A stretch of DNA of 64,000 nt from an uncultured bacterium (GTDB taxonomy: Bacteria; Gemmatimonadota; Gemmatimonadetes; Longimicrobiales; RSA9): positions 15,393 to 79,392 of the forward strand of contig CALCID010000008.1 of the NCBI GenBank assembly GCA_937907535.1. The letters are read 5' to 3'. Position 1 is the first letter of the stretch; the number at the start of each line of letters is the position of its first letter. This document shows positions 1 to 7,142 of the stretch, in pieces. The notes under the pieces were generated by a model. The model did not search any database and was not told the DNA's origin. It worked only from the letters and a program-made list of their open reading frames with translations. The translations under genes and the position numbers were made by a program.

Positions 1-598
1 CGGCGCCCGCGGTCATGAGCACCCGCACGCCATAGCGCCGGGCCACCTCGGCGAGCGCGGCCGGGGACTTCTGCGGGAGCGCGAGCAGCTCCTCCCATGC
101 GCTGGAGAGCGCGAAGTAGACCGCGCATCCGACGATCACGAGCTTCAGGACGGACTTCCCGAGCTCGGCCAGCGACCGGATCCCGAAGATCCGCTTCAGG
201 TTGTTGTGCGGTGCGAGGCGCGACCAATCCGGCTCGATCGGCTTGAGCGAGAGCACCCCGCGCGCCTGGGCCGCGCCCACGAGGACGGCCGTGGCCGCCA
301 GGGCGAGCGTCGGCACAGCGACCACGCCCAGCACCTGCCAGCCGATCCCCCGCACCCACTCCGCCGTGCCCGGGATCCCGACCGGCATGGCCGCGCCCAT
401 GCGCGCGCTGTGGCCGAAGATGGCGACCACCGTCTCCGTCAGGGGCCGGATCGAGACCTGCGCCACGACCGCCGCGACCAGGAGCAGGATCGCCGTGGTG
501 ACCTCGGGGCTCCTCGCCACCTGGCCTTTCTTCCGCGCATCCTCCCGCCGGCGCGGAGTCGGTGCCTCGGTCTTCTCCTGGAACGACTCAGCCGACAC
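1..598 (-). CDS. flhB: Flagellar export apparatus protein FlhB, N-terminal part (gene continues beyond the left edge)
   Basis: My own minus-strand translation from the GTG at 598-596 gives VSAESFQEKTEAPTPRRREDARKKGQVARSPEVTTAILLLVAAVV..., the canonical FlhB N-terminus. It starts 2 nt after the fliR stop. It is absent from the ORF track because it is truncated by the window edge. Confidence 0.85.
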   Translation of the reverse strand, partial: MSAESFQEKTEAPTPRRREDARKKGQVARSPEVTTAILLLVAAVVAQVSIRPLTETVVAIFGHSARMGAAMPVGIPGTAEWVRGIGWQVLGVVAVPTLALAATAVLVGAAQARGVLSLKPIEPDWSRLAPHNNLKRIFGIRSLAELGKSVLKLVIVGCAVYFALSSAWEELLALPQKSPAALAEVARRYGVRVLMTAGA

Positions 599-600
599 GG

Positions 601-1395
601 TCAGCGGCCTCCGATGAGGGCGTCCAGGATGCGCGTGACCATCGCCTCATAGGCGTCCGGCCACAGGAGGAAGGTCGTGCCGATGAGCGGCAGGGCGACC
701 GCAAGCGTGAGCAGGCCGATCCCGATCTGCACGGGGAACGCGACCATCAGCATGTTCATCTGCGGCACGGCCCGGGCGAGGATCCCGAGGGCCACGTTGG
801 AGACGAGCACCGCCGCGGTGACCGGCGCCGCGAACTGGAGCCCGTGCACGAAGAGCCGGCTGCCCAGCGAGACCATCTCCCACGCGCCCGCCGCGCCGTC
901 CACCGGGCCGCCCACCGGCGCCCACTCGACCGTGGCCGCCAGAGCCTCGAGCATCAGCACGTGCCCGTTCAGCGAGAGGAACACCGCCACCGCGAAGAAG
1001 CGGGTGAACTCGCTGAGGATCGGAACCGAGTGCTGGGTCATGGGATCCAGCAGCATCGCGCCCGAGAGGCCCATGTGGATGGAGAGCAGGTCGCCGGCGA
1101 CCTCCGCGGCCCCGACCAGCACCGCGGCACCCAGCCCGACGGCGAAGCCGACCAGTGTCTCCGCCATGAGCGTGGCCGGCGTCACCGACGGCGCGGCCCC
1201 GCCCGCCGTGGCGCCCGCGAGCCCCAGTGGCAGGAGCAGCACCGTCAACACCACCAGCAGCGCGGCCCGCAGCATGTACGGCACCGGGCGGCCCGAGAAG
1301 ATCGGCGCCACGAGCAGCAAGCCCCCCACGCGCGCCGAGAGGAGCGCCGCGGTGGCCAGAGTGCCCGGGCTGAACGGATCGGTCGACGGCATCAT
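601..1395 (-). CDS. fliR: Flagellar export apparatus protein FliR
   Basis: This is the last 264 codons of track ORF 601..3060 (MMPSTDPFSPGTLATAALLSARVGGLLLVAPIFSG...), a polytopic membrane protein with a FliR-like sequence. The ATG at 1395 overlaps the fliQ stop (TGATG). The rest of the long ORF overlaps fliQ and fliP out of frame. Confidence 0.9.
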   Translation of the reverse strand: MMPSTDPFSPGTLATAALLSARVGGLLLVAPIFSGRPVPYMLRAALLVVLTVLLLPLGLAGATAGGAAPSVTPATLMAETLVGFAVGLGAAVLVGAAEVAGDLLSIHMGLSGAMLLDPMTQHSVPILSEFTRFFAVAVFLSLNGHVLMLEALAATVEWAPVGGPVDGAAGAWEMVSLGSRLFVHGLQFAAPVTAAVLVSNVALGILARAVPQMNMLMVAFPVQIGIGLLTLAVALPLIGTTFLLWPDAYEAMVTRILDALIGGR

Positions 1396-1664
1396 CAGAA
1401 CACCACCGTCGGCAGACTCCGGAACAGCTCCGTCGTGTACCGGACCGCCGACTGGAGCATCCACGAGAGCGTCAGCAGGAACGTCACGCCAATGGCGAAC
1501 AGCTTCGCCACGAACGTGATGGTCTGCTCCTGCACCTGCGTCACCGCCTGGAGCACGCTGATCAGCAGCCCGACCAGGACGGCCACGGCCAGCATCGGAC
1601 CCGCCAGCATCAGCGCCAGCAGGAGCGCGTTCCGCGCAAGGTCGATCACCAGGGCGTGAGGCAT
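1395..1664 (-). CDS. fliQ: Flagellar export apparatus protein FliQ
   Basis: 89 aa with two TM segments, reading ...LLLALMLAGPMLAVAVLVGLLISVLQAVTQVQEQTITFVAKL... This is typical FliQ, in the position between fliP and fliR. Confidence 0.95.
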   Translation of the reverse strand: MPHALVIDLARNALLLALMLAGPMLAVAVLVGLLISVLQAVTQVQEQTITFVAKLFAIGVTFLLTLSWMLQSAVRYTTELFRSLPTVVF

Positions 1665-1676
1665 CGTCTCGCCGTC

Positions 1677-2933
1677 CTACCGGAAGCTCGCAACCAGGCC
1701 CTGCACCACCAGACTCCACCCATCCACCAGCACGAACAGGAGCAGCTTGCAGGGCAACGAGATCATGGCCGGCGGAAGCATGAACATCCCCATGCTCATC
1801 AGCACCGACGCGACGACCAGGTCGATCACGATGAACGGCAGGAAGAGCGCGAACCCGATCTGGAACGCGGCCCGCAGCTCGCTCGTGGCAAACGCCGAGA
1901 CCAGCGTCATCAGCGGGATCTCCTCCGGCGTCTCGGGCACCGGCGCGCCGCTCAGCTCGATGAACGTCTCCAGGTCCCGGTCCGGCGTCTTCTCCAGCAT
2001 GAACGTCCGGAACGGCACGATGGCGGCCGCGAGCATCTCGCTCTCCACGAGCTCGCCGCTCATCCACGGCGCCAGCGCCGTGCGGTTCACTTCCGCGAGC
2101 GTCGGCGTCATCACGAACGCCGTGAGCAGGAGCGCGAGCGCGGCGACCAGGTGCGCCGGCGGCGAGGTCTGCGTGCCGAGGGCCATGCGCAGGAAGTGCA
2201 GCACGACCAGGATCCGCGTGAAGCTCGTCATGAGCAGCAGTAGCGTCGGTAGCAGCGTCAGCAGCCCGATGATGAGCACCGCGCCCACCGTCCCGCTGAA
2301 GCGGAGCGGCTCCGGGCCGCTCCCGATCCGCAGGTCGATGGTCGGCAGGCCCGGGAACGCCGTTCCGCGCGCGGACCGCGCCGCCTGCTGCGGAGCGACG
2401 GGCGCCGACGCCGCGGCCCGCGCCGCCGCGAAATCGAGCTCTGCGACGTCGTCGGCCGCCGCCGCGAAGGCGGAAGCCTCCGCCGGAGTCGAGGCGTCGA
2501 GCGACGTCGCCCCTGGCTCGCTGGCGAACGCGGCGGCGGGCCCGGCGGCGAGGGCGAGCACGAGCAGCGAAGCGCCCACGCCCCCCACCCGCAGCGCGCG
2601 CATGAGCTGCTCTCCGAAGCAAATGCTCCCGCGCTCCGATTCGGGCGCCGTGCTCCGCGCTGCGACCGGAGCACTCTCGGCATCGCCCAGGTCGAGAACT
2701 GGGCGCACGCCGCCCTCCCCGACCGAGACCACCACCACGCGCTGCCCGATCCGCACCACCGCAATCCCCTGGCGGGGCCCCACGGCCGCCCGGCCCAGCA
2801 CTTCCGGCTGCCACTCGCCGCCGATGCCACCGCCCAACCCCGCGTAGCGGCGGAGCACGCGGACCAATGCCGCCAGCAGCGCCAGCACCAGCGCGAGCGC
2901 GCCGAACACGCTCACCAGCGAGCCGAACGTCAC
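1677..2933 (-). CDS. fliP: FliO-like domain fused in frame to FliP (single 418-codon ORF)
   Basis: Residues 1-95 look like FliO: a TM helix followed by LGRAAVGPRQGIAVVRIGQRVVVVSVGEGGVRPVLDL. An internal Met at 2603 begins a FliP signal peptide (MRALRVGGVGASLLVLALAAGPAAAFA). An Ala-rich linker follows, then the conserved FliP core (LLTLLPTLLLLMTSFTRILVVLHFLRMALGTQ...FLPFIVIDLVVASVLMSMGM). There is no in-frame stop between the two parts. Confidence 0.85.
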   Translation of the reverse strand: MTFGSLVSVFGALALVLALLAALVRVLRRYAGLGGGIGGEWQPEVLGRAAVGPRQGIAVVRIGQRVVVVSVGEGGVRPVLDLGDAESAPVAARSTAPESERGSICFGEQLMRALRVGGVGASLLVLALAAGPAAAFASEPGATSLDASTPAEASAFAAAADDVAELDFAAARAAASAPVAPQQAARSARGTAFPGLPTIDLRIGSGPEPLRFSGTVGAVLIIGLLTLLPTLLLLMTSFTRILVVLHFLRMALGTQTSPPAHLVAALALLLTAFVMTPTLAEVNRTALAPWMSGELVESEMLAAAIVPFRTFMLEKTPDRDLETFIELSGAPVPETPEEIPLMTLVSAFATSELRAAFQIGFALFLPFIVIDLVVASVLMSMGMFMLPPAMISLPCKLLLFVLVDGWSLVVQGLVASFR

Positions 2934-3283
2934 GCGCCGCCTCCTGCCACCGCGGCTTGCGCCACGATGCGCGTGATCCGCACCCCGAACTGCTCGCCCA
3001 GCACCACCACCTCGCCCTCGGCGAAGCGCCGGTCGCCGATGTACACATCCACGGGCTCACCCACCGACCGGTCGAGCTGGATCACCGAGCCCCGGCCGAG
3101 CCCGAGGATCTCCTGGACGGTCATCGTCGTGCGCCCGAGCACGATGCTGACCTCCATGTTCAGGTCGAACAGCATGGACAACCCCGCCGCATCCCCCTGC
3201 ATCGCCTGCCCGGGCTTCTGCGACAGCTCGTCCAGGACCGGCGCCGCCGCCGTCGGCGAGGTCTTCGATGTCACGTCACTCAT
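2930..3283 (-). CDS. fliN: Flagellar motor switch protein FliN
   Basis: 117 aa starting at the ATG at 3283 (MSDVTSK...). It has the SpoA/FliN core LNMEVSIVLGRTTMTVQEILGLGRGSVIQLDRSVGEPVDVYIGDRRFAEGEVVV. The longer track ORF (to 3670) overlaps fliM and is rejected. Confidence 0.9.
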   Translation of the reverse strand: MSDVTSKTSPTAAAPVLDELSQKPGQAMQGDAAGLSMLFDLNMEVSIVLGRTTMTVQEILGLGRGSVIQLDRSVGEPVDVYIGDRRFAEGEVVVLGEQFGVRITRIVAQAAVAGGGA

Positions 3284-3288
3284 CTCGG

Positions 3289-4308
3289 TCACAGGTTCGG
3301 GTTCAGGTTGGCATGCTCCGACTTCCCGTTGGTCTCCGGGAGCACGATCCCGGTGATCCGGAGCGCCAGGCTCGAGCCGGTCCGACCGGGTTGCGCCTCG
3401 AACTGGACCCGGCCGCCCACCAGCACCTCGATCGGACAGTCCGAGGGCAGCCCGGTCTCCAGGACGGTGCCCGGCCGCAGCTCCATCACGCGCCGGACCG
3501 GGATCTCGAAGGTCGGCAGCCGCGCCACCACCTCCAGCTCCGTGGCCCGCAGCGCCTGCTCGATCCGCTTGCGGTCCGCCGCCCGCTCGCCCTCCGTGCC
3601 CCGTCCGATCTGCAACCGCTGGGACGCCGAGCCCGTGAAGTACTTCTCCAGCACCGGGAACGGAACGCACAACGTGAGCAGGCTCTTCGGGCCGCCCGTG
3701 CGGACCTCGATGGTCGCGGTGAGCACGGGGTCCTCACGGTTCGCGATCTGGAGCATGTCCGGGATCGATTCGAACCGGCTCAGCGTGAGGCCGAGGGGGA
3801 CGTGGTCCTCCCACACCTCCTGGAGGTGCTTCGCGACCCGGTCCGCGACAAGCCGGACCACCATCCGCTCGAGCGGCGTCAACGACCGGGGATACGTCGT
3901 GGATTCGCCCGTGCCGCCCAGCAGCCGGTCGATCAGGTAGAAGGCGAAGTCCTGCCCGAAGTCGATCACCGCGAGCTGGCCGCCGCTTTCCCGGACCTCA
4001 TAGACGAAGGACGAGCACGGCGTGGTCAGCGACGCCACGAACTCGCCGAACGTGTTCTGCTCCACGCTCAGGAGCTCCAGCTCGACCTGCCCACGGACCC
4101 GGCCGGACAGCCAGCTCTCGACCGATTTCGCGACCAGGCTGTACATCGCTTCGAGCGCGCGCATGCGCTCCTTGGAAATCCGGTTCGGCCGCCGGAAATC
4201 GTAGAGGCGCACGCGCTCCGACTCGCCACCCGCCGCTTCCGCGGCCCCGGGCGAATCCACGGCGCCCTGTCCGGGCGCTCCCGCCTGCATCAGCGCTTCC
4301 GTGGACAC
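3289..4308 (-). CDS. fliM: Flagellar motor switch protein FliM
   Basis: 339 aa. RLYDFRRPNRISKERMRALEAMYSLVAKSVESWLS is the FliM N-terminal signature. The position is fliL-fliM-fliN. Confidence 0.95.
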   Translation of the reverse strand: MSTEALMQAGAPGQGAVDSPGAAEAAGGESERVRLYDFRRPNRISKERMRALEAMYSLVAKSVESWLSGRVRGQVELELLSVEQNTFGEFVASLTTPCSSFVYEVRESGGQLAVIDFGQDFAFYLIDRLLGGTGESTTYPRSLTPLERMVVRLVADRVAKHLQEVWEDHVPLGLTLSRFESIPDMLQIANREDPVLTATIEVRTGGPKSLLTLCVPFPVLEKYFTGSASQRLQIGRGTEGERAADRKRIEQALRATELEVVARLPTFEIPVRRVMELRPGTVLETGLPSDCPIEVLVGGRVQFEAQPGRTGSSLALRITGIVLPETNGKSEHANLNPNL

Positions 4309-4311
4309 GGC

Positions 4312-4818
4312 TTACTGGATCACGTAATGGGAGAAGTAGACCGCGCCGATCTGGGCCCGGGGCACCATGGCCAGCACCACGTCCCGGAGCTCGTTGCGCA
4401 GCGTATCCCGCGCTTCCACGTCCACCAGCTCCTCCACGGTCTTCGAGCTCAACAGCGTGAGCAGGGCATCCCGCACCTGCGCCTCGCGCCGGCGGAGCTC
4501 CTCGACCACGCTCTGGGTGCGGACCTCGAACACCACCGTGGTCATCAGGAACCGCGTGCCCTTCGTGCCCGCCGGGTTGACCACCAGGTTGTCCACCGTG
4601 TAGAGATCGCCCGGCGAACCGGAGCGGCCTCCCCTCCCCCCTTCCCCACCCCCGTGGTCGAAGTCCCCGATCGGCTCGGCGTACCCGGCACCCGACGCCC
4701 CCAGCACCCCCGACAGCCGCGGCGCCACCACGAACACCCCGACGGCTGCCCCGAGCACCAGCCCCACCACCAGGACCAGGCCAAGTACCAGCTTTCCGCT
4801 CCCTTGCTTCTCCGCCAT
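4312..4818 (-). CDS. fliL: Flagellar basal-body-associated protein FliL
   Basis: Start chosen at the ATG at 4818 (MAEKQGSGKLVLGLVLVVGLVLGAAV...). It has a single TM helix followed by DLYTVDNLVVNPAGTKGTRFLMTTVVFEV...TVEELVDVEARDTLRNELRD, which is typical FliL. Upstream in-frame ATGs at 4860 and 4911 are alternative starts. Confidence 0.85.
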   Translation of the reverse strand: MAEKQGSGKLVLGLVLVVGLVLGAAVGVFVVAPRLSGVLGASGAGYAEPIGDFDHGGGEGGRGGRSGSPGDLYTVDNLVVNPAGTKGTRFLMTTVVFEVRTQSVVEELRRREAQVRDALLTLLSSKTVEELVDVEARDTLRNELRDVVLAMVPRAQIGAVYFSHYVIQ

Positions 4819-4920
4819 GGAATCGCCTCGTGCAGTCTCCACACCGCTCGTGTGCGCCATCACACTCTCCACGCCTGCGTTCGCGCGGAATGGCCGAGCG
4901 TTTTGCCGCACCGGGTAATG

Positions 4921-4935
4921 GCACGAGGTGTACCA
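4921..4935 (-). promoter_or_regulatory. Candidate sigma-54 (-24/-12) promoter for the fliL-flhB unit
   Basis: The minus strand reads TGGTAC-ACCTC-GTGC, with correct GG-N10-GC spacing. It lies about 100 nt upstream of the fliL ATG and downstream of the flgE terminator-like hairpin. It shares the 9-mer GGAACGTGG with the flgB promoter region. Confidence 0.4.
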
Positions 4936-5114
4936 CGTTCCGGAACCTGGCCCGGAGCGCGGAGCCGGAACTGTAAACGATTACGAAGAAACGACTTCTG
5001 AGAGACCCCGCCGACGTGAGCCCGAACCTCGGCCACAGCGCCGGCACGGCCGGCCGGAAGACCCTGCCGGGCCCACCCGGTCGGATCTTCCGCTTCGACG
5101 ACGGGAAAGAAATG

Positions 5115-5142
5115 CCGGCCGCCGCGTCGCCGCGGCGGCCGG
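5115..5142 (-). terminator. Terminator-like GC hairpin after flgE
   Basis: A 12-bp perfect stem (ccggccgccgcg / cgcggcggccgg) with a 4-nt loop. On the minus strand it is followed by CATTTCTTTCCC. It lies about 45 nt downstream of the flgE stop. Confidence 0.5.
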
Positions 5143-5187
5143 AGGTCTTCAGGGTCGGTAGCGTTGCGTTTTCAGTCGAACTCGAGA

Positions 5188-6426
5188 TTATCGCTTCATA
5201 TTCACCAGTTCCTGGAGCATGTCGTCGCTCGTCGTGATCACCCGCGCGTTGGACTGGAACCCGCGCTGCGCGATGATCATCGACGTGAATTCCTGGGCCA
5301 GGTCGACGTTGGACATCTCGAGCGCGCCGGAGATGATCGTCGACTGGCTGCCCTCACCGGCAAACCCGATCACCGCCGGGCCCGAGTTGGCCGAGACCTG
5401 GTACATGTTGTCGCCCGTCCGGATCAGCCCGCTGGGATTGTTGAAGTCCGCGAGCGCGATCTGCGCCAGCTCCATCGTCACGCCGTTCGTGAACGAGCCC
5501 ACGATCCTGCCGTCGCGCTCGATGCTGATCCGCTCGAGATCGCCCATCGTGTAGCCATCCTGCTCCCTCAGCACCGCCGTGGACGCACCGGCGAACTGCG
5601 TGAGCCCGTTGATGCTTTCCGCGGAGCCGAACACGAGGTTGAAGTTCATGACCTCGGCGCCGTTCGCCGGCGTGAACTGAATGGCCACGCTCTCGGGCGA
5701 CGAGAGCCGGCCGTTGGACGCGAACTGCAGCGTGCCCGAGTTGAGGGCCGTGGAGTCGTCGTTCATGTAGACCGCGTAGTTCCAGTCGCCCCCGGTCCGC
5801 GTGAAGACGACCCGGAGCTGGTGGCTCGCACCCATGGAGTCGTAGACCGTGATGGTGGTCTCCCGGGTCGTGCCGTCCGCGGCCTCCGCGTCCAGGTTCC
5901 CGCCGATCATCACCTGGGTCGTTGCGCGAGCCGTGGACTTCTGGCCGAACGGCAGCCGGATGTCCGTGATCTCATCCACGAGCACGCCGTCCACTGCCAT
6001 GCGTCCCTGCACCACGTACCCGTTCGTGGACGTGACCAGACGGCCGTTCGCGTCGAGCTGGAAGTTGCCGGACCGCGTGTAGTACCGCCGCGTGCCGTCC
6101 GACACCACGAAGAAGGAGTCGCCCTGGATCGCCAGGTCCGTGGTGATCCCCGTGTTCTCCAGGTTGCCCTGCGTGAACAGCATGTCGATGCTGCCGATGT
6201 TCATACCGAGCCCGACCTGGATCGGGTTCGTGCCCCCGCTGACCTGCTGGGCCGCACCGGCCGGACGGCTCGCGCCCTGCACGAGCTGGGCGAACGCCTC
6301 CTTGAACGTCACCCGGCTCGACTTGAACGCGATCGTGTTCACGTTCGCGATGTTGTTGCCGATCACGTCCATCCGGACGAGGTGGTTGCGCAGCCCGGAA
6401 ACCCCGGCGAACAGTGAGCGCATCAT
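5188..6426 (-). CDS. flgE: Flagellar hook protein FlgE
   Basis: 412 aa. The N-terminus MMRSLFAGVSGLRNHLVRMDVIGNNIANVNTIAFK and the C-terminus SNVDLAQEFTSMIIAQRGFQSNARVITTSDDMLQELVNM are canonical flagellar rod/hook terminal motifs. Confidence 0.95.
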   Translation of the reverse strand: MMRSLFAGVSGLRNHLVRMDVIGNNIANVNTIAFKSSRVTFKEAFAQLVQGASRPAGAAQQVSGGTNPIQVGLGMNIGSIDMLFTQGNLENTGITTDLAIQGDSFFVVSDGTRRYYTRSGNFQLDANGRLVTSTNGYVVQGRMAVDGVLVDEITDIRLPFGQKSTARATTQVMIGGNLDAEAADGTTRETTITVYDSMGASHQLRVVFTRTGGDWNYAVYMNDDSTALNSGTLQFASNGRLSSPESVAIQFTPANGAEVMNFNLVFGSAESINGLTQFAGASTAVLREQDGYTMGDLERISIERDGRIVGSFTNGVTMELAQIALADFNNPSGLIRTGDNMYQVSANSGPAVIGFAGEGSQSTIISGALEMSNVDLAQEFTSMIIAQRGFQSNARVITTSDDMLQELVNMKR

Positions 6427-6467
6427 GGCTGTGTCTCCGTCGTTGGAGTGTGGTGTTGTTGACTCGA

Positions 6468-7142
6468 TCAGTCCTGCGACGTGATTTCGACCACGTTCCC
6501 GAGCGGGATCACGAGACCGCCGCCGGCCATGAGGACCGGCCCCTCGAGGCCGTACCGCACACCGCTCACGCGCGCGTTCGTGTACATGGCCACCGGCACC
6601 GACGCCCCGGAAGCATCCAGGATCTCGACTTTGATGCGGTAGACGCCGTCCGGCAGGTCCTCGGTCAGGTCGCTCAGGTCGAGGGTCTGCCGGCCACTTG
6701 CCAGCGGGCCGAGCGTCCGTGATGCCACCTCGTTGCCCGATTCGTCGTAGAGCCGGATCGTGCCGCTGGTGCCCGGGCTCGCGAGCTGGATGGTCACGTT
6801 CTGCCCCGCTCCCCCTTCGACGCCGATCCGATCCGTGACCGCCAGCACGGTCTTGCCGATCAAGCCGACCGCCGTGCTCGCGTTGTGCGCCTGGATCAGC
6901 GCCTGCTGGATCTCCCCCTGGAACGCGAGCCGGTCGTTGATCTCGATCAGCTTCTCAACCGACGAGAACTCCGCGAGCTGGGAGACGAACTCCGTCCCGT
7001 CCATCGGATTGAGCGGGTCCTGGTGCCGCATCTGGGCCACCAGCAGCTGGAGGAACTCCTCCTTGCCCAGGAATCCGCCCGCCGGCGGCTGCGCGCCGAA
7101 CGGCGCGACTCCCGATGCCGACCCGGTCATCGATACGTTCAC
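6468..7142 (-). CDS. flgD: Flagellar hook capping/assembly protein FlgD
   Basis: 224 aa. LGKEEFLQLLVAQMRHQDPLNPMDGTEFVSQLAEFSSVEKL is the FlgD signature. The GTG start overlaps the upstream stop (GTGA). Confidence 0.9.
   Translation of the reverse strand: MNVSMTGSASGVAPFGAQPPAGGFLGKEEFLQLLVAQMRHQDPLNPMDGTEFVSQLAEFSSVEKLIEINDRLAFQGEIQQALIQAHNASTAVGLIGKTVLAVTDRIGVEGGAGQNVTIQLASPGTSGTIRLYDESGNEVASRTLGPLASGRQTLDLSDLTEDLPDGVYRIKVEILDASGASVPVAMYTNARVSGVRYGLEGPVLMAGGGLVIPLGNVVEITSQD

Noticed and set aside
1396-3060. Upstream 555 codons of track ORF 601..3060
   Set aside because: Only the last 264 codons encode FliR. The remainder overlaps fliQ, fliO/P and fliN in another frame and is Arg/Gly/Ala nonsense.
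3284-3670. N-terminal extension of the fliN ORF
   Set aside because: It overlaps the 3' part of fliM out of frame. The FliN homology begins at the ATG at 3283, 6 nt after the fliM stop.
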